Shown: positions 46,747-58,472, numbered from the whole stretch's first letter. The stretch: DNA of 62,345 nucleotides, filler included, from Bonamia ostreae (GCA_040357525.1; 18 parts of 18 records of this genome joined end to end with filler, not necessarily neighbours in it); one strand, 5' to 3'. The notes: generated by a model from the letters alone, not told the origin. Made by a program: numbers and translations.

Positions 46747-48538
46747 TCAATCCAGAACAAGCCCGTCAACCCCCGATGCGACTTTATCGACATCACTCTT
46801 CACAAAATTGGCAAATTTCAATAAAAAACAAAAATAACAAAAAATTGCCCAAAAACTTCAAACGTCACAGGAGGACTTTTCAAGTGCTCGCAATCAAAGT
46901 GCAGCGCAAATTCGACCGAAGTCTCGACTTCCGGGGCAGTCGGATTGAAGTTCCGCACCGAGTAAGTGCCTTCGTACCCGCCTTCCACCTTCTTCAGCAC
47001 CAACCGCTCATGTTGCCGAACCAAACTGAGTCCATATTTCTTCATCATATCGGAACCACTTTCTTGGAAACTGCGCGTGAACTCGTTGAGACTGCGCCAG
47101 AGCTCCGGGTTGCCGGAAACGGGGTCCGAGCCGCCGCTCGAAATGGTTTTAATCATTTGCTCTGGAGTGAGTTCGCCGGAGTTGATCGCTTCGATGACTT
47201 GCGGTGGCATGTTGTTCATCAGTTCGGCGTACATTTCTTCGGAGGACATGTTCGTTTTGAGCTCGCCCTTCTCGTCGGTTTCTTGGAGTTGGAGGTCTGT
47301 GTACGCTTCAGCTTCGAGTCTGTGCTCGTTGCTGTAAGGGCCGTAGAGGATCTTTTTGGGTCGAAAGTTTAGCAAATTTTTTTTTTGGAATTGTTTGTAA
47401 AACAATAAAAACGGTTTAAAAGTTTGGAAAAGTTTAGAAAACCAAAAAAAATTGGAAAAGTTTTAAAAAGTTTAGAAAACCAAAAAAAAGCGGAAAAGTT
47501 TAGAAAAGACGACATTAAAAAACAAAAATCGGAAAAGTTTAGAAAAGTTTTAAAAAGTTTAGAAAACCAAAAAAAAAGCGGAAAAGTTTTGAAAATCGAA
47601 AAAATTGGAAAAGTTTTAAAAAGTTTAGAAAACCAAAAAAAAGCGGAAAAGTTTAGAAAAGACGACATTAAAAAACAAAAATCGGAAAAGTTTAGAAAAG
47701 TTTTAAAAAGTTTAGAAAACCAAAAAAAAAGCGGAAAAGTTTTGAAAATCGAAAAAATGGAAAAGTTTAGAAAAAAGACATTTAAAATACAAAAAAACGA
47801 AACAATAAAAACGAATAAAAAACCTGCGGCACTTCCTTGGACAGCCCCGGCATCACCAACAGCCCTCCGTTCACACTAATGCTCAGATTCTCCATCTGCA
47901 CCTCGTTATCCCGATTCTCCTCGAACTCTTTTCTTATCTCCTCCTCTCGCTCCGGCGATTCCGCCATCACTCTCTCCAAACAGATCTCCGTTTTCTTGAT
48001 CCAAACCGTTTGTTGGAACAACTTGTCCGGCTTTGGCGCGCTCGGAAAATCTGCTTTTCCGGCGCCATCCGGACACGCTCGTTTGAGTTGCTCGTACAGA
48101 ACGCCGAGGTCCGGCATTCCGTTTTCCGCCATTTGGTGCAACGCCTCCGACACGTTCGGCGCGGCGTTGGCCGGCGTGTTCGCCGCGTCGCTGATTTTCT
48201 TGTAGTCCTCTTCCATGACGGAGGCCATCCGGTAGAAGAGCCGCCAATCGGCGAGAGAAGGAGCGAGGCTGAGCACGATGTAGCCGACTTGGGGGTTCGA
48301 CGCGGCCATCTGGACGACGCGGAGATAAGATCTTTGGAGCGCTTCAAAGTCAGAGAGCTTTTGGGCCAAGTCGGCGGAGAGGATATTGGCTTGTTGTTGG
48401 AGGGCGGGGTTGTGGAAAGGTCTGTCGACGAGGGCGAGAGCGAGTCTAAAGTCGGTCTCGGAAGATCGCAAGAGGGATTTCAGTTGTTGGTCGGTTTCGC
48501 TGTTTGATAAGTTGCTGAGGTGATAGATGATCATCAGC
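46747..48538 (-). CDS. Hypothetical GC-rich-codon protein; 5' truncated
   Basis: Two long exons joined in frame (...SKEVPQ|ILYGPYSNEH...) by the intron at 47352-47823. Confidence 0.75.
47415..47775. repeat. Intronic higher-order repeat (153-bp unit x2 built from ~10-bp GAAAAGTTT monomers)
   Basis: The unit starting at 47451 recurs at 47604; it explains the spurious 51-aa repeat ORF 47424-47879. Confidence 0.9.
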
Positions 48539-48909
48539 TTTTCGTTTTTTGTTTTNNNNNNNNNNNNNNNNNNNNNNNNNNNNNNNNNNNNNNNNNNNNT
48601 TAATTAATTAANNNNNNNNNNNNNNNNNNNNNNNNNNNNNNNNNNNNNNNNNNNNAAGAAAAACAATCAATCCATTAAAAAATACAAATAAAAATACCCG
48701 TAAAAAATAAATTGTAAAAACAAAAAAAATTAAAAAAATACAATGAGAAAGTAAAAATAATAAAAGTAACAGTAATACTAAACTATTTAACAAAAATAAT
48801 ACCAACCTTAAAAAAAAAATATTTAAAAAAAATACACATTTTATAAAACAAAAACCAGACATTATTTACAATTTAAAAATATTTTATCAATTTTTCCCAA
48901 TTAAAAAAT

Positions 48910-49936
48910 AACATGTTGATTTGAAGAATCCCATTGAACATCTTCAACAGAATCCAAATGGCCTTTAAATTCCGTTTTAGAAACGTCAAGATTTTCCGTG
49001 TTGATTTGGTTTAGATAGATCGCGCCATTGCAATCTCCAGATATCAAAGTGCCTTCTACATGCGGATTCCAACTGAGAGCAAATCCTTCACAAGAATGTT
49101 TTTCGTTGCACCCAATCGGTTTCAAGGTACTTTTCAGTTTTAACAAAAACTTTTTCTTTTCTAAACTTTTTTCTGTTTTCGTGTTCTTGAGACCATCGAA
49201 TAAATCTGAAGCATTCCAAGCATAAACTTTTGAGTTATCAGACCACGTAGAAATAATTTTATTGTTTTGCGGCATCGTTCTAATTCGATTGATTGCGCCG
49301 GGATGATTAAACGACATTTCTTTTATAACCGGGTCAATGTCATCTGTTTTGAGCGAATTTTTGCCTTCTTTTATAAAATTGAGTTTTTGATCAAAAATGG
49401 AGTTTTTATCAACAAAATTGCGTTTTTGATCAACAAAATGGCGTTTTAACACGATATTTATAGATTTGGTTTTATAAAAGGGAACGCTTTGTTTTCAAAG
49501 AGATGTTGTTTTAGGATTTTATCCATTAAAAGAACAGTTTATTAAAATATTGTAAATTTTTTCAAAATGTTATTTTCAAAATTTCTGCAAAAAATTTTGT
49601 CCAGGATAGTTTCAAACCATCAGAATCATCACTGGAGGTGTTCCCATCATCATATTTTGTTTTTTGAATGTTCGAAACTCGGAATATCGAGACTTTGTTT
49701 GCTTTTCCTTTCGGAGCCTGTGTTCCTGCCACAAAAGTTGTTTGTATGGGAAAGCGTATTTTTTGTCCAAGAATGTTTTCTTCGGAGACGATGTCAAAAC
49801 TCAAAGAGGGAAGATCAGTTCTTAAATCGTTCAATGTCAAATAAGCCGACGAATCATATTTCATCTCTTCTTTCTTCCTTTTTTCGTCCATGTTCGGCCG
49901 AAACACCTTTTGCGTATTTCGAGTTGTTTCTACCAT
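48910..49936 (-). CDS. GRWD1: GRWD1/Rrb1 WD40 ribosome-assembly factor; 3' truncated
   Basis: YDSSAY...PSLSFDIV...VAGTQA, HPGAINRIR, EGFALSW and GHLDSVEDVQW. Confidence 0.93.
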
Positions 49937-50115
49937 TTCCTGAAATCTTACTAAAAAAGCTATTACGGCTTTCTAGAAATATAACTTTGCGCATATAATT
50001 TAAAAAATGTCAATATGAATCCTTTGTTTGCTAGAAATGCAAATTTAAAATGTAATTTACAGAAGACGAGTCCACATTACCTCTTTCTGATATATTCGAT
50101 AAAGCCAAAAAATCG

Positions 50116-50430
50116 ATGGCCAGAAAAAACAGACATGAAAACACTCAGGAGAGAGTCGATTTCTTATCAAAAACAGCTCTCGCTTTAATAAAGGACAAAC
50201 AATTCGAATTGGCTAAATATTACATTCACCAAGCAAAAAAAATCTGCCAGAAATCAGCTTACAAAGTCAAAATGCCAATAGACAGAAAAAGGTTCTGCAA
50301 ATTCTGCGACGTGATTTTTGTGCCCGGACTAACATCGATATCAAAAGTAAAAAAAGACAAAAGCCCAAAAACTTTTATCCGGAAATGTCTTCTTTGCAAA
50401 CACGAAAGAATTTTTAAAATAACACAATAA
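50116..50430 (+). CDS. RPP21: RNase P subunit Rpp21/Rpr2-family protein
   Basis: ERVDFL...LAKYY...KRFCKFCDVIFVPG...CLLCKHERIF zinc ribbon. Confidence 0.85.
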   Translation: MARKNRHENTQERVDFLSKTALALIKDKQFELAKYYIHQAKKICQKSAYKVKMPIDRKRFCKFCDVIFVPGLTSISKVKKDKSPKTFIRKCLLCKHERIFKITQ

Positions 50431-50454
50431 AATTTTTCAAAAATTTTTCAAAAA

Positions 50455-51131
50455 TTATTTAATCACTTGTCTGTTGCGCCATTTGGACTTCTGCAACTTG
50501 ATCGGTCGATTTCCGACAAATTTCCTATTCATTTCTCTAAACGCTTTAGTGTAATCGGCGGAATTCAGGAAACTGACAAATCCGTATCCTTTTGATTTGT
50601 TCGTTCTTTTCTCTCTAATAACGCGTGCTTTGCAGAAAGAAGGATATTTGTTAAAAGCAGATTTTAATGTGTCGTCTGTCACTTCGTTGCCCAGATTTCC
50701 GCAAAAAAGACGATAATCGTCTTCTGGCCAGTCTGAGATCGTTTCATCTTTCCACACTTTCCCGCAAGCCGATCTGAGAGACTTCAAAGTACCGCCTTCT
50801 TTGAGCATTTTTTTGAAGCGTTTGTCTTTTTTGACCAATTCTTCGTGTTTGACCATTCGCTTTGGCAACGATTGGACGTCGAAAACAGCGTCTTTTATTA
50901 AAACGGAAAACTTTCGATTTTGAAGGCGTTTTTGGAGACTTTCTCGGAAATTTTGTTTTCTTGGGAAATCGGTTTAGTTGATGAAATGGTAGTAGGTTTT
51001 CTGGAAAAAATTGCCTTTCGGTTATTTTATGGAACATTTTTGATACTGGGCTTCTCTCTCTTCTTCAATTCAGTTTCGTATTCAATGTTTTCAATTTCTT
51101 TTTCAAACTCTTTTAATGCCGCATCGTCCAT
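50455..51131 (-). CDS. RBM42: RBM42-like RRM protein
   Basis: GKVWKDETISDWPEDDYRLFCGNLGNEVTDD...KSKGYGFVSF...AFREMN..VGNRPIKLQKSKW; two 20-21 nt introns link it to ATG 51131. Confidence 0.93.
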
Positions 51132-52109
51132 TTTTCCTAAAACAATGTCTAAAGATCTTATATTTTCTACATATAATAAGAAAATTCACTTTTTGCAGTA
51201 ATGTCTCCATACTGTTCTTAAACACGTCTCATTAGGTCAGCACAAAATATTAAAAATTAAAATAATAAACGCAATCAGACTTGGCTAAAGATTTATGGAA
51301 TCATAAATATTAATCTCTTTTATGCACAAACATCTTAAACTTTAAAGCTACCCTAAATCTAAATTCTGCGATGGTAGTCAACGCTTTTAGATTCGGAAAA
51401 CTGTCACAGAAAATCAAATTTAGTTTTAGGTAAAAAAAGCTTTTAACACATTCAGCAAAAAGTTCTCCGCGGCGGCCGTAAACTCTTCGCTCATGTCTTC
51501 GTTCAAAAAAATCGGTTTAAGAACCGTTTCGAACATTAGCGAAATAAGTCCTTCCTCGATTCTTCTTCTGGGAAGAAGCGAGTGCGCGCGACTTGGTTTG
51601 CTCCGAATTCTAGAAACCGTCCCCACCGCCGGCGAAACCAATATTTTCGAAGGAATGGAAGGTTTTTATATTCAAATAAAATTTTCAGAAGACGAAGATG
51701 AAGGTTTTACGTTTTTTTTAAATTTATCAAAATTCGCTATATTTTATAAAATCGTTTGTTCTTCGTTAGTCCAAAATCCAAAAATTTCTGTTCTTTGTAG
51801 TTCCATCGATTAAAAGTAAAAAAATTCAGACAATCCCTTAACGTTTTTTCAAGCAAATTTTCAGTTTGCGCGCACATTGCCTTCAGTGAAATTTGAGAAT
51901 TAAATGATTCCTATTTTTTATAAAATTTGTATGTTTTTAAAAAAATTATAATTTTGCCAAATGAATTGCTTTTCTATAAAGAAAGGTACATCAGATTAGA
52001 AACAACTGCNNNNNNNNNNNNNNNNNNNNNNNNNNNNNNNNNNNNNNNNNNNNTTAATTAATTAANNNNNNNNNNNNNNNNNNNNNNNNNNNNNNNNNNN
52101 NNNNNNNNN

Positions 52110-53236
52110 GTATTTATTTAGACTTCTCGAAAATTCATTTCTGTGCTCGATAAATTCCTTGTAAGCAGGATCCAGCGGCAACTGAATCGGTTTATTAAAT
52201 TTGTAATTAATTTTGTCACCATCGACCAAATTGTAATTTTTGTCAGAATCCAAATTTTCCAGTTCAGAAGGTCCTTTGCAATTTATGAATTTGCAGAAGG
52301 AATCAAGATTTCTGTTCGAGTTTTCTCTTAATTTGTTGAAAATTTTGTCTATTTTTGGAGTTTTGGCAAAAATTTTGTAATTCTGACATAGAACGAACGC
52401 TTCTTTAAGTTAAATTTTTTTTAAAATTGAAATTTTTAAACATTTTTCGAATTTTCAAATCGCTCAAAATTGAACAGATTTTCAAATATTTACTCAAATT
52501 TTAGTTTTGAAACAACAATAAGAACCGATCGAATAGTTTCTACTTGCGGTGGGCTTTGCAATACATACATTTTCAAACAATTCTTTGCAAACGGATACAA
52601 CACAGTTTATGTGCTTTCCGCGGAATATCTTGGCCAGAAAAGTTCCGCCATTTTCCAATATTTGCACTGCCAATTTTAGCGCCTTTAAACAATTTTAACA
52701 TTTCCATTGCGCGTGAATATAAACGATCAAACATTTTAATTTTGGATATGAACAAACGTAAAAACCGAAAGGACAAGTTCATTTTGCACATAATAGTCCA
52801 TATCGTCAAGACCAGTCGCTGCAATTATGTAAAGTAAACCATCCGGCGCGCCATCACTCAAAACCAAATCTGCTTTTTGACCATCAAAAGCCTTTACTAT
52901 TTGCGCGTGCGTTTTAGGGTCGGTTATGTCGGCTTTGAGCATTCTGACGCCATTAATCGGCGCGATTGACTGTAGGTCGACGGCGATTATTTTCCCTTCG
53001 TTTTCGCCGAGCCCGGAAAGAGAGTCGCTCAGCACTTGGCTCCATCCGCCCGGAGCAGCGCAAAGATCTACTGCGCGTCTGCAGTTTTTGAGAATGCCAA
53101 AATGGTGATCGATTTGAATGAGCTTAAAAGATGAACGAGCGCGATAGCCCTTTTCCTTCGCTCTTCTGTAGAAAATGTCCTTTATTGCGTTAAATTGCGT
53201 TTTCAAAACTCTTCTATCTTTAGAATATTTCCCCAT
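52110..53236 (-). CDS. FTSJ1: tRNA 2'-O-methyltransferase Trm7/FTSJ1
   Basis: MGKYSKDRR|DIFYRRAKEKGYRARSSFKL, VDLCAAPGGWSQVL, DGAPD|ATG, GGTFLAKIFRG and KPTASRNYSI|EAFV. Confidence 0.95.
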
Positions 53237-53377
53237 TTCTGTTTGCTCAACAAAACGAAAAAACTAAAGTTTTGTTAGCCGTTTTTTATATAGACTTTTC
53301 GTTTTAAGTTTGTTTCCAAAATTGGCGGAAAAATTTTCTACGGCCAATCTACGAAAATAAGTAATTTGCTCTGTTTG

Positions 53378-55182
53378 ATGCAAACAAAGAAAAAACTTTC
53401 GATAGCGAAAAGTGAAGATTTGGCTTCGCTGCCAACAGAATATATTCTCTACATCGACGAAGCTCTAAAAACACAGAAACACTTTTCCGAAACAAATGTT
53501 GCTTTAAATCACGAAACAGCTGTCGAAAAAGCTGATACGAAAATGGACTGATGTGCACGAAGACGATAAAGAGTACTTCCGAGATCCGTACCACAAACTG
53601 ATTTTCCCGTTTCTGGAAAAGCGGAAAGATCTCTATGTGCCCCTCGCGCCTCCCCCGGTTTCCGTCGCAGTGTCTGAGGCGATTTTGCTGCACTGCGTCA
53701 ATCACGTTCTGAAATCGACGGCGAGAATTCGCAAAAACAACAAAAGACTTTCCGAAAGCAAACCGGACGAGAAGTTTTCCGGGCAACAGTACCAGTTTTT
53801 GGACCAGGGATTCACAAGACCGAAAGTTCTGCTCCTCGCGCCGTTCCAGAGCGACGCCTACGACTTGATAGAAACGATCATCAGAATCGTCCCCGACAGC
53901 CAAAAAGTTGAATGACTAAATTTAGAAATCGGTCGACAACCAGAAACGGTTCGAAGCGGAATACAACCCTCCGCGCGAAGACGCCGAATATTTTTCTAGA
54001 AAGCCACGTTTTCTTCCTCACAAAAGCGGACTACCGACAGCAATTTGGACGCAACAATAACGACAACTTCAAGTTTTCTCTTTCGATAACGACAATAACG
54101 ATTCAGAATCGGAGTGTCTTTTCTGCCGAAGACGGTCAAACTGTACGCCGATTTTTACAAGTCAGACTTTGTGGTGGCATCTCCGCTGGCCCTCAAACTG
54201 ATAATGGAAACCGAATCTTCGGACGAAGACTCGGCGGAAGACGGCAAAGTCTACAACATCGACTTTCTCTCGTCGATCGAGATCGTTTTGCTCTACAAAG
54301 CGGATTTGTTCCTGATGCAAAACTGGCGACATGTCGAAACCGTCCTCGGCTTCTTGAACCTGAGTCCGTCAAAAGCGGAGCATACCGACTTTTTCAGAGT
54401 AAAGTAAATTTTGACAATTTTGAGAAAGGAGTTTTTAGAAGGAAAAGCCAAATTGTATCGCCAGAACATTCTTTTAAGTTCGTTTCGACACCCAAACTTC
54501 ACTTCGCTGTTCGCAAAATCGGTCAACCGATTCGGCAAAACCGTGATTCGCCCTTTGTACAAGACGGGCGCGGTGACGAAAAACAGGAAACAAGTTCAAA
54601 GCCTAATTTTAGGTGTTTTTGCGGTTCCGGGCAACGGCGTTAAAAGAAGCGCACACGGAGAGATTGGAGACGATGAAAAACAAAGTTTTTTACTCAGACG
54701 AGAACAGATTTTGAAAGAAATCGTTTCCGCGGAAGAAAGCCAGAACTTAATTTTTGTTTCGCGCTATTTTGATTTTATCGCTTTGCGGAACTATTTTTCC
54801 CGGAACAATTATTCGTTCGACTACTGTTCAGAGTTTTTTTTGCGAAAAGTAGACACTCGACCGTGGGGGACAACTCCAGAGCCAGGACCAACTTTCTGAA
54901 CGGCAAGACGCAGTTTCTGATCATCACAGAGCGCTTTTATTTCTTCAGAAGACTGAGGATCCGCGGGATAAGGAATCTCCTGTTCTTCGATTTGCCTCTG
55001 AACAGCCATTTCTACAACGAACTCGTCGATGCTGTTAACGCGGATGGTAATTTTGTGCAAACAAAGGCCGCGTCTGTGCGCTCTTTTGCAAATACGACGG
55101 GGACAAGTTGGAGAGAATTCTGGGCAGCGACAAAAAAATCGCTTTGATCGGCTCGGACGGGGAAAGTTTTATGGTTCGGTGA
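53378..55182 (+). CDS. UTP25: UTP25/DEF U3 snoRNP-associated protein (nine micro-introns; start uncertain)
   Basis: LHCVNHVLK, DQGFTRPKVLLL, DNFKIGV, LYADFYKSDFVVASPLAL, DFLSSIE, MQNWRHV, TERFYFFRR and LERILG. Confidence 0.95.
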
Positions 55183-55556
55183 ATTAGTAAAAATTTTCCT
55201 CTTGTAAATCTAATAAAGCGATTTGTAAAATCTTTATCCTGCGAAGCGCAGTGATAATATTGAAAATTGTTGTTGTAGAAATAAAAATTTTTTTGATAGT
55301 AATGGCAGTTTTGCATTTATTTGCAGAATGTAACATTGTCCGCGTTTCTTCCCGAGCACGAGGAATTTGGAGGACAGTCTTTGTCCGTGCGGCACTTTTC
55401 CCTGCACCGCATCAAGGACAGTTCCAAATTCCATCTTCCCAAACGGCAATAAATAANNNNNNNNNNNNNNNNNNNNNNNNNNNNNNNNNNNNNNNNNNNN
55501 TTAATTAATTAANNNNNNNNNNNNNNNNNNNNNNNNNNNNNNNNNNNNNNNNNNNN

Positions 55557-56061
55557 GTCAAATTTTCTATTTTGACCAAAATTTTACAAATATTGTCATT
55601 GGAAGATCTAGATTTTAAAATACGACTGGGAGTCCATGCGTATCCCAACCAAAACGCCTTTCGACATGGTGCCCCGTTTGAGAAGCGTAGCGCGTCACAA
55701 CATCTTTAATGGTGCCAGCGAGAATGTGCCCGTAATGGGGCAATCCTGTAGCAAAAGGAGGACCACTTTGTCATAAAAAATGTTATTGTTTTTTGAATTA
55801 AAATAGGTTTGACCAAATCTACAATAATTTTGAAAAATTGATGATTTAAAATTTAGTCGAGAACTGAAATTTTGAGATTTGATCAATTTAAAAATCAAAC
55901 TCGTAAAAAGAAAATGGCTTCCGCCCTTTTGAAAGCTCAAGAGATCTTTTAAAAGCGTTAATCCGTTTCCAATATGACAGAATTTCCAGTTCGATTTTTG
56001 GAAAACTGACTGTTGATGGAATTGGATCAAATGTAAATTTTTGCACTGTTTTAGTGCTCAT
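55557..56061 (-). CDS. IARS1: Cytosolic isoleucyl-tRNA synthetase, N-terminal part (missed by the ORF track)
   Basis: [14 protein letters not shown]...[32 protein letters not shown]...[13 protein letters not shown]. Confidence 0.96.
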
Positions 56062-56507
56062 TATTTTACGGACGAAAATTTTTTCTTGATAAATATATTG
56101 ATTATTGTTAAAGTAAAATTAGCAAATTAAAACTTTTATTGTCAATTTTTTTAATTTTGTTCCTTAATTTTCGAACAAATATTTTCGTCAGGATTGAGAC
56201 CAATTGATTCAATCGATTTTTAAACAAAAACGAAAAAAATTGATCCAAAAAACTTTTCTAAAAAAGCTTACGAAATGATGGAAAACGATGATGATTACGA
56301 AATGAGAGGATGTAAATTATTTTCTCGATTTGTTCTGGAAAATATATAAAACAATTCATTATTCTATAAAAATGGCGACTTAAAATAGATAACATTTACA
56401 GATTCGAATTTGAACTAATTAATTGTTGTCTTTAGAATATTCAAAGACATTTTGTTGCGATATATTGCCTTAAAAATTGAGTTTGGTAAATATGTCAAAA
56501 ATTGCAT

Positions 56508-58280
56508 TTAAATGTTCTCAATCGGATCGATCACAAAAGAAACTCCGCAACCGCCATTCGAGTTGATCAAGTCACGTACACTCAAAACAGCAAAACACGG
56601 AATTTTGTTTCCAGCGCTGTCCAAAACAGAAAAATAGCCTTCGATCCTCTTTTTCCGCAAAGTGAACAATTGGACCATTTCTTCAAAAAGACGCGGCCAT
56701 TCCTTTTTAGGGAAAACGCTGTACGGCGAAGAGGCCAATTTCGCGGCCAAGTTTCGAGTTGGCATTTTAAACAGATCTTGAGCTGCTCTGTTTATATCGA
56801 ACAGCGCGAATACTTTATTTTTGTAAATTTGGTTCAAAGCAAAATTTTTGTTTAGAAAATTTAGGAAACCATTTTTGCCCAAATCGGTCATATTGGAAAC
56901 CAAAACTTCGATTTTCGGCAAATTTGAGTCTTTGCCGGAAATCGAAAAATGGGCAACTTTCGTATCAACGTTAATTTGGCCAAATTCAAAAATCTTTTCG
57001 CCGCCGAACATTTTTATTAATTTGCTTCGAAGAGACGAATTCCCAACAAAAAAAGAAGCCGCCGCGAAAACGCCTCGACTAGCTTTCCCCTCTTTTCTGA
57101 GGCTCGCAACTTTTTTCCTAATAAAATCGTCCAAATTTTCGTCCGTTCTGTTTTCGTTTCCCGATTCGGCCAAATTTTGCTCCGCCGATTCCGAAACCGA
57201 TTTTTCGCTCGTTATTGCAAAATCGGTTTGGTTTGGGCCGCTGAGCCGCAATTTTCTAAAGTCGTCGGAAAACGTCGTGTTGTTGCAGAATTTTTCAGTC
57301 TTCGCCTTCAAAGGCAAACTGTACTTGTTTCTGCTGTTTTTGCGATTCGGATTTAATTTGCGATCGACGCAGCTTTGCTTTTCGAGGCGAATGCATCTCC
57401 TGCAAGGTCTGTTTTTGTCGCAGCCGGCTTTGGCGCGCACACAGTTGACGCAGGCGCGGGCAGTTTGTTTGCGGCGCGTGCTGTGGATGGGATAGAACTC
57501 GGTTGTGGGGTTCGGCGTGAAAGGTTTGGAACGGATTTCGTCTTCGCTCGATTGGGTTGGATTTGTGGCCTCGCAAAAATTTTCGCGTTGTTTCGACTTT
57601 TGGCCAATTTTAGTTTTTCCGGTTTGGTCGGATATCAAGATTTCAGACTCGAAGTTTTTGGTTTTTGTGTCGTCTTTTGTTTTCGGATCACCGATTTTTT
57701 CAAAATTTTCGTTTTGCGGGTTTTTAAGGTTTGCGAATAAATTCGGATATTCGGCGGTAGAGAAAGGGTCGCTATAATTGAACGCGTTTTTAAAAAGCGT
57801 TCGGTCGTTTTTCAGAATGTCGGACAAGAGCCAAGTTTTGGGCATTCGCTTTTTGAGCGGTCGGAAGTCGAGAGAAGCGATTTTCAGAGTGGCGGCAGGA
57901 TCGATTTTGGGGCCCATTTGTTTTGTGAACGGATGCAGATGGCTCGAGACATGGAACATCTTGTCGATTTTTGTCTTTTTGAGCGCGTAAGATTTTGCGT
58001 TTTCCGTCTTTTCTATTGACGGGTTGTCGAAGATTGAGTCGTTTGAGCCGAAATCAAAGAGGCTTTTGTTCATTTCTTCGTCAAAGTCCCAAATGTCTTT
58101 TTCCGACAACTCGTCAAAATAGATGTCGTTTTTTGGAGGCGGTCTGTTTTTCCCAAAGTTTTCCAGTCCGTCGGAAACAGTTTTGCTGCAATCTGCGAAG
58201 AGGTTTTTTTGGCGGGGATAGTTTTGATTTTGGTCTGCAACAGGTTCTGAGTTTTTGCGGTTTGCGAAAAATTTGAGCAT
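56508..58280 (-). CDS. Zn(II)2Cys6 transcription factor with a C-terminal PAS-like domain
   Basis: RACVNCVRAKAGCDKNRPCRRCIRLEKQSC (Cx2Cx6Cx5Cx2Cx7C); PAS-like C-terminus INRAAQDLF...GNKIPCFAVLSVRD; intronless 590 aa. Confidence 0.9.
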   Translation of the reverse strand: MLKFFANRKNSEPVADQNQNYPRQKNLFADCSKTVSDGLENFGKNRPPPKNDIYFDELSEKDIWDFDEEMNKSLFDFGSNDSIFDNPSIEKTENAKSYALKKTKIDKMFHVSSHLHPFTKQMGPKIDPAATLKIASLDFRPLKKRMPKTWLLSDILKNDRTLFKNAFNYSDPFSTAEYPNLFANLKNPQNENFEKIGDPKTKDDTKTKNFESEILISDQTGKTKIGQKSKQRENFCEATNPTQSSEDEIRSKPFTPNPTTEFYPIHSTRRKQTARACVNCVRAKAGCDKNRPCRRCIRLEKQSCVDRKLNPNRKNSRNKYSLPLKAKTEKFCNNTTFSDDFRKLRLSGPNQTDFAITSEKSVSESAEQNLAESGNENRTDENLDDFIRKKVASLRKEGKASRGVFAAASFFVGNSSLRSKLIKMFGGEKIFEFGQINVDTKVAHFSISGKDSNLPKIEVLVSNMTDLGKNGFLNFLNKNFALNQIYKNKVFALFDINRAAQDLFKMPTRNLAAKLASSPYSVFPKKEWPRLFEEMVQLFTLRKKRIEGYFSVLDSAGNKIPCFAVLSVRDLINSNGGCGVSFVIDPIENI

Positions 58281-58472
58281 TTTCGGACCAGTTTTATTAT
58301 ATATAATCGATATATGAAGTTTAAACGATTCGATATATTATTTGATGCGAAAAATTAGTTAGTTTCGTGTAGAATCACAATGTCTAAATAACAATGTTCT
58401 GATTTTGTGTTTAAGCTTGCGTTATAGGATTTTAACGTAAACAATTTTGGATATAGTAAAAGCTTTTATGAA

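Noticed and set aside
47369-47879. Repetitive Lys-rich and Phe-rich ORFs on both strands
   Set aside because: They are translations of an intronic minisatellite; the flanking exons join in frame without them.
51200-52009. Possible gene on the minus strand
   Set aside because: There are coding-like patches, but I could not build a consistent exon chain or recognise a motif.
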